The position numbers were made by a program, and so were the translations under genes. A DNA stretch of 45,434 nt from a virus (taxonomy: Duplodnaviria; Caudoviricetes), in the IMG/VR virus record IMGVR_UViG_3300016478_000286, positions 1-45,434 of that record. One strand, given 5' to 3'. Every line of letters begins with the position of its first letter. Within the stretch, counting starts at the first letter, position 1. The notes below the pieces were generated by a model. That model worked only from the letters and a program-made list of their open reading frames with translations. It made no database searches and had not been told where the DNA came from. Shown piece by piece: positions 43,698-45,434 of the stretch.

Positions 43698-43962
43698 AAG
43701 TAAGTGGGGTGCGTATATAGATAGGGAGCTAGAGAGGATCTTTCTAGATTCTGAAGAGAAAGGTGTCCCTGATACATTGCCGGAGCAAGACGATGTGATG
43801 CTGAGCCTTACCAAGGATGAGCTGAACGCTCTATATCTGATTTTGATGGAGGGGGAGCAATGTGCGTCAGTGGCGTTTGGATCTTCTTTTGGAACGGTTT
43901 CCGTTGACCTCGGGCGAAAGGTCCAGAACGCATGGACGGCCCATTGCGGGACGAAGAAATGA
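43669..43962 (+). CDS. Early protein (LTxxEL family)
   Basis: DVMLSLTKDELNALYLIL. Confidence 0.6.
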   Translation: MWLKRSTSTKSKWGAYIDRELERIFLDSEEKGVPDTLPEQDDVMLSLTKDELNALYLILMEGEQCASVAFGSSFGTVSVDLGRKVQNAWTAHCGTKK

Positions 43963-44012
43963 GGGGCGAGGGGAATGAAACGCAAAACAATCGATTTAAG
44001 AGGAGGACCAGC

Positions 44013-44219
44013 ATGAGCGGAAAGACCGTTAGCCTTACCATGACAGTTCGTGAGTTGGACGCTGTAGCGTTTGCTTGTTTACGAGAGCACGCCAAACTCG
44101 GTCTACTTAGGAGAAGCCAACCAGAGTTGAAAGGGCTTGAAGAGGCTTACGCTTTATACTCGGGACTTCTAAGCGAGATGTTGGCTCTACAGAAAGAGTT
44201 CTCTGAGGAGGGCAAATGA
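44013..44219 (+). CDS. Early protein (LTxxEL family)
   Basis: GAGGAGG RBS; TVSLTMTVRELDAVAFACL. Confidence 0.65.
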   Translation: MSGKTVSLTMTVRELDAVAFACLREHAKLGLLRRSQPELKGLEEAYALYSGLLSEMLALQKEFSEEGK

Positions 44220-44731
44220 GGTCTGTCGTTAAGCCAGAACATCCATTGGCAGAGCTTATGTTGCGTGGGTTATTCGGCGTGGAGTCGGATTGGATGCAGG
44301 CGAAGGAAAGACTTCGGGCCATACATAATACAATAAAGAAGTCCGTTAAATGGCACGAGGAAGAGATGGCGAAGGCTAAGCTCCAATTCGAAAGCGATCT
44401 TGAGGAGCAATCCGAAGAACACAGCGTAACTTACACAAGGAGGGCCGTATACGAAGTCGATTACGCAAGAGAGTACACACCCTATGTAGACAGGTTCAGA
44501 ATATTTTCAACGCTCTTGCTTCCTGAAAAGGGCGAGAGTAAGAAAGAAAATATTAACGCTTACATGCTTGTCTTTCGATCCGTAAGAGGGGAAGACAAAA
44601 TAAAAGAGCTGGAGGAGAAAGCTGTTCGGTTGGCAAAGAAGTTCAAGGGGTCTTATGCCTTTTCGTTTTTTGATAGGGACGGGAACCATATGCTTCACAG
44701 TCGAAGGCTATATCCATTGGAGGAAAGATGA
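44216..44731 (+). CDS. Hypothetical protein
   Basis: 171 aa, ATGA-coupled. Confidence 0.65.
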   Translation: MRSVVKPEHPLAELMLRGLFGVESDWMQAKERLRAIHNTIKKSVKWHEEEMAKAKLQFESDLEEQSEEHSVTYTRRAVYEVDYAREYTPYVDRFRIFSTLLLPEKGESKKENINAYMLVFRSVRGEDKIKELEEKAVRLAKKFKGSYAFSFFDRDGNHMLHSRRLYPLEER

Positions 44732-44967
44732 CGAATATCTTTGTTACTCAAACGTCTGACGGCTGGATGGTCCGAGAGGTTGACGAGAACACCAGGGAGC
44801 ATGTCTCGACACGGACGTTCAGGTCGGAGAGAGGGGCCTTCAAACACGTTATGGAGAGGGTCGCTTCAGGAAATGCCAGAGACATAAACACGGACCAGTA
44901 CCATTGGTGGACCCTCGATGTTGAGGGCGTCGCAAAATGGTTTTTGGAGCTTTATGGAGATGACTAA
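44728..44967 (+). CDS. Hypothetical protein
   Basis: 79 aa, GGAGG RBS. Confidence 0.65.
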   Translation: MTNIFVTQTSDGWMVREVDENTREHVSTRTFRSERGAFKHVMERVASGNARDINTDQYHWWTLDVEGVAKWFLELYGDD

Positions 44968-45175
44968 AGAGGAGCGATTGACGATGGAGGAGATCAACAC
45001 GATGAACAGCAATGGCGATGCTGTAGCTATCAGACGATTGTTGATTGAGATGTACAAGGCGGCTGAACAGATGGAAGAGCAAGAAAAGCGGGAGGCGAAG
45101 GATGACCGTGAGGGAGGGAATAAAGGCGTTCCTGGACAACATGTACCTTCGGAGCCGTTCCAAGAGGACGATTGA
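44960..45175 (+). CDS. Small hypothetical protein
   Basis: MTKEERLTMEEINTM. Its 3' end overlaps the recombinase start. Confidence 0.5.
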   Translation: MTKEERLTMEEINTMNSNGDAVAIRRLLIEMYKAAEQMEEQEKREAKDDREGGNKGVPGQHVPSEPFQEDD

Positions 45176-45434
45176 AGAGTATCAGAGGTCGCTGAGCGCA
45201 TTGGATCAGGAGGCTGAGGTCGGTTCTGTCACCCAAGAAACGATCAGGGGCCTCCTGGCGGCCCACGTTAAGGGCGGCCACACGGGTTCAGGGAGAGCTT
45301 TTCTCGTTGCGGCCAGAAGTTTTTTTAAGTACCTACAACGCCAAGGGGAGATCAAGGTTAGCCCGGCGGCAGTGATTCCTTTTCCTAAAATGCCTGAGCG
45401 GTTGCCGACGGTTCTGACGGAGAAAGAGGCTGAA
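45102..45434 (+). CDS. xerC: XerC/D-like tyrosine recombinase, N-terminal part (continues at base 1)
   Basis: GGAGG RBS at 45091, ATG at 45102, then 111 open codons (MTVREGIKAFLDNMYLRSRSKRTIEEYQRSL...ARSFFKYLQRQG...PKMPERLPTVLTEKEAE), typical of the Xer core-binding domain and linker. In frame with base 1. Confidence 0.85.
   Translation, partial: MTVREGIKAFLDNMYLRSRSKRTIEEYQRSLSALDQEAEVGSVTQETIRGLLAAHVKGGHTGSGRAFLVAARSFFKYLQRQGEIKVSPAAVIPFPKMPERLPTVLTEKEAE

Overview
The window looks like a complete, circularly permuted ~45.4 kb tailed-phage genome. An XerC/D-like tyrosine recombinase ORF starts at 45102, runs off the right end and continues in frame at base 1 to 594. There are two divergent arms around a non-coding control region (~36570-37590). 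The + arm (37594 to 1078 across the junction) is an early/host-takeover-type region of about 25 small ORFs. It has six sigma70-type promoters that all use a 16-bp spacer, and eight conserved intergenic RNA hairpins. It also carries a tandem run of mini-proteins sharing an h-x-h-x-[LFM]-T-x-x-E-h motif, and ends in the recombinase and a double-HTH Xis-like gene. The - arm carries a podovirus-type morphogenesis module: TerS, TerL, portal, scaffold, capsid, adaptor, an apparently split nozzle, fibre/spike, a glycoside-hydrolase-like protein, a RyR-domain protein and ejection proteins. It continues with a recombination/replication module that includes a stand-alone NrdD glycyl-radical micro-domain, an embedded lysis cassette and a RusA-like resolvase. 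It ends with two AT-rich accessory genes, a radical SAM protein and an M.NlaIII-like adenine methyltransferase. The control region contains an AT-rich, DnaA-box-like cluster, a dif-like half-site and five sigma54-like TTGGCATG-N4-TTGA motifs. No tRNA, CRISPR array, CI-like repressor or DNA polymerase was recognised. All product calls come from reading motifs by eye; no database search was run.
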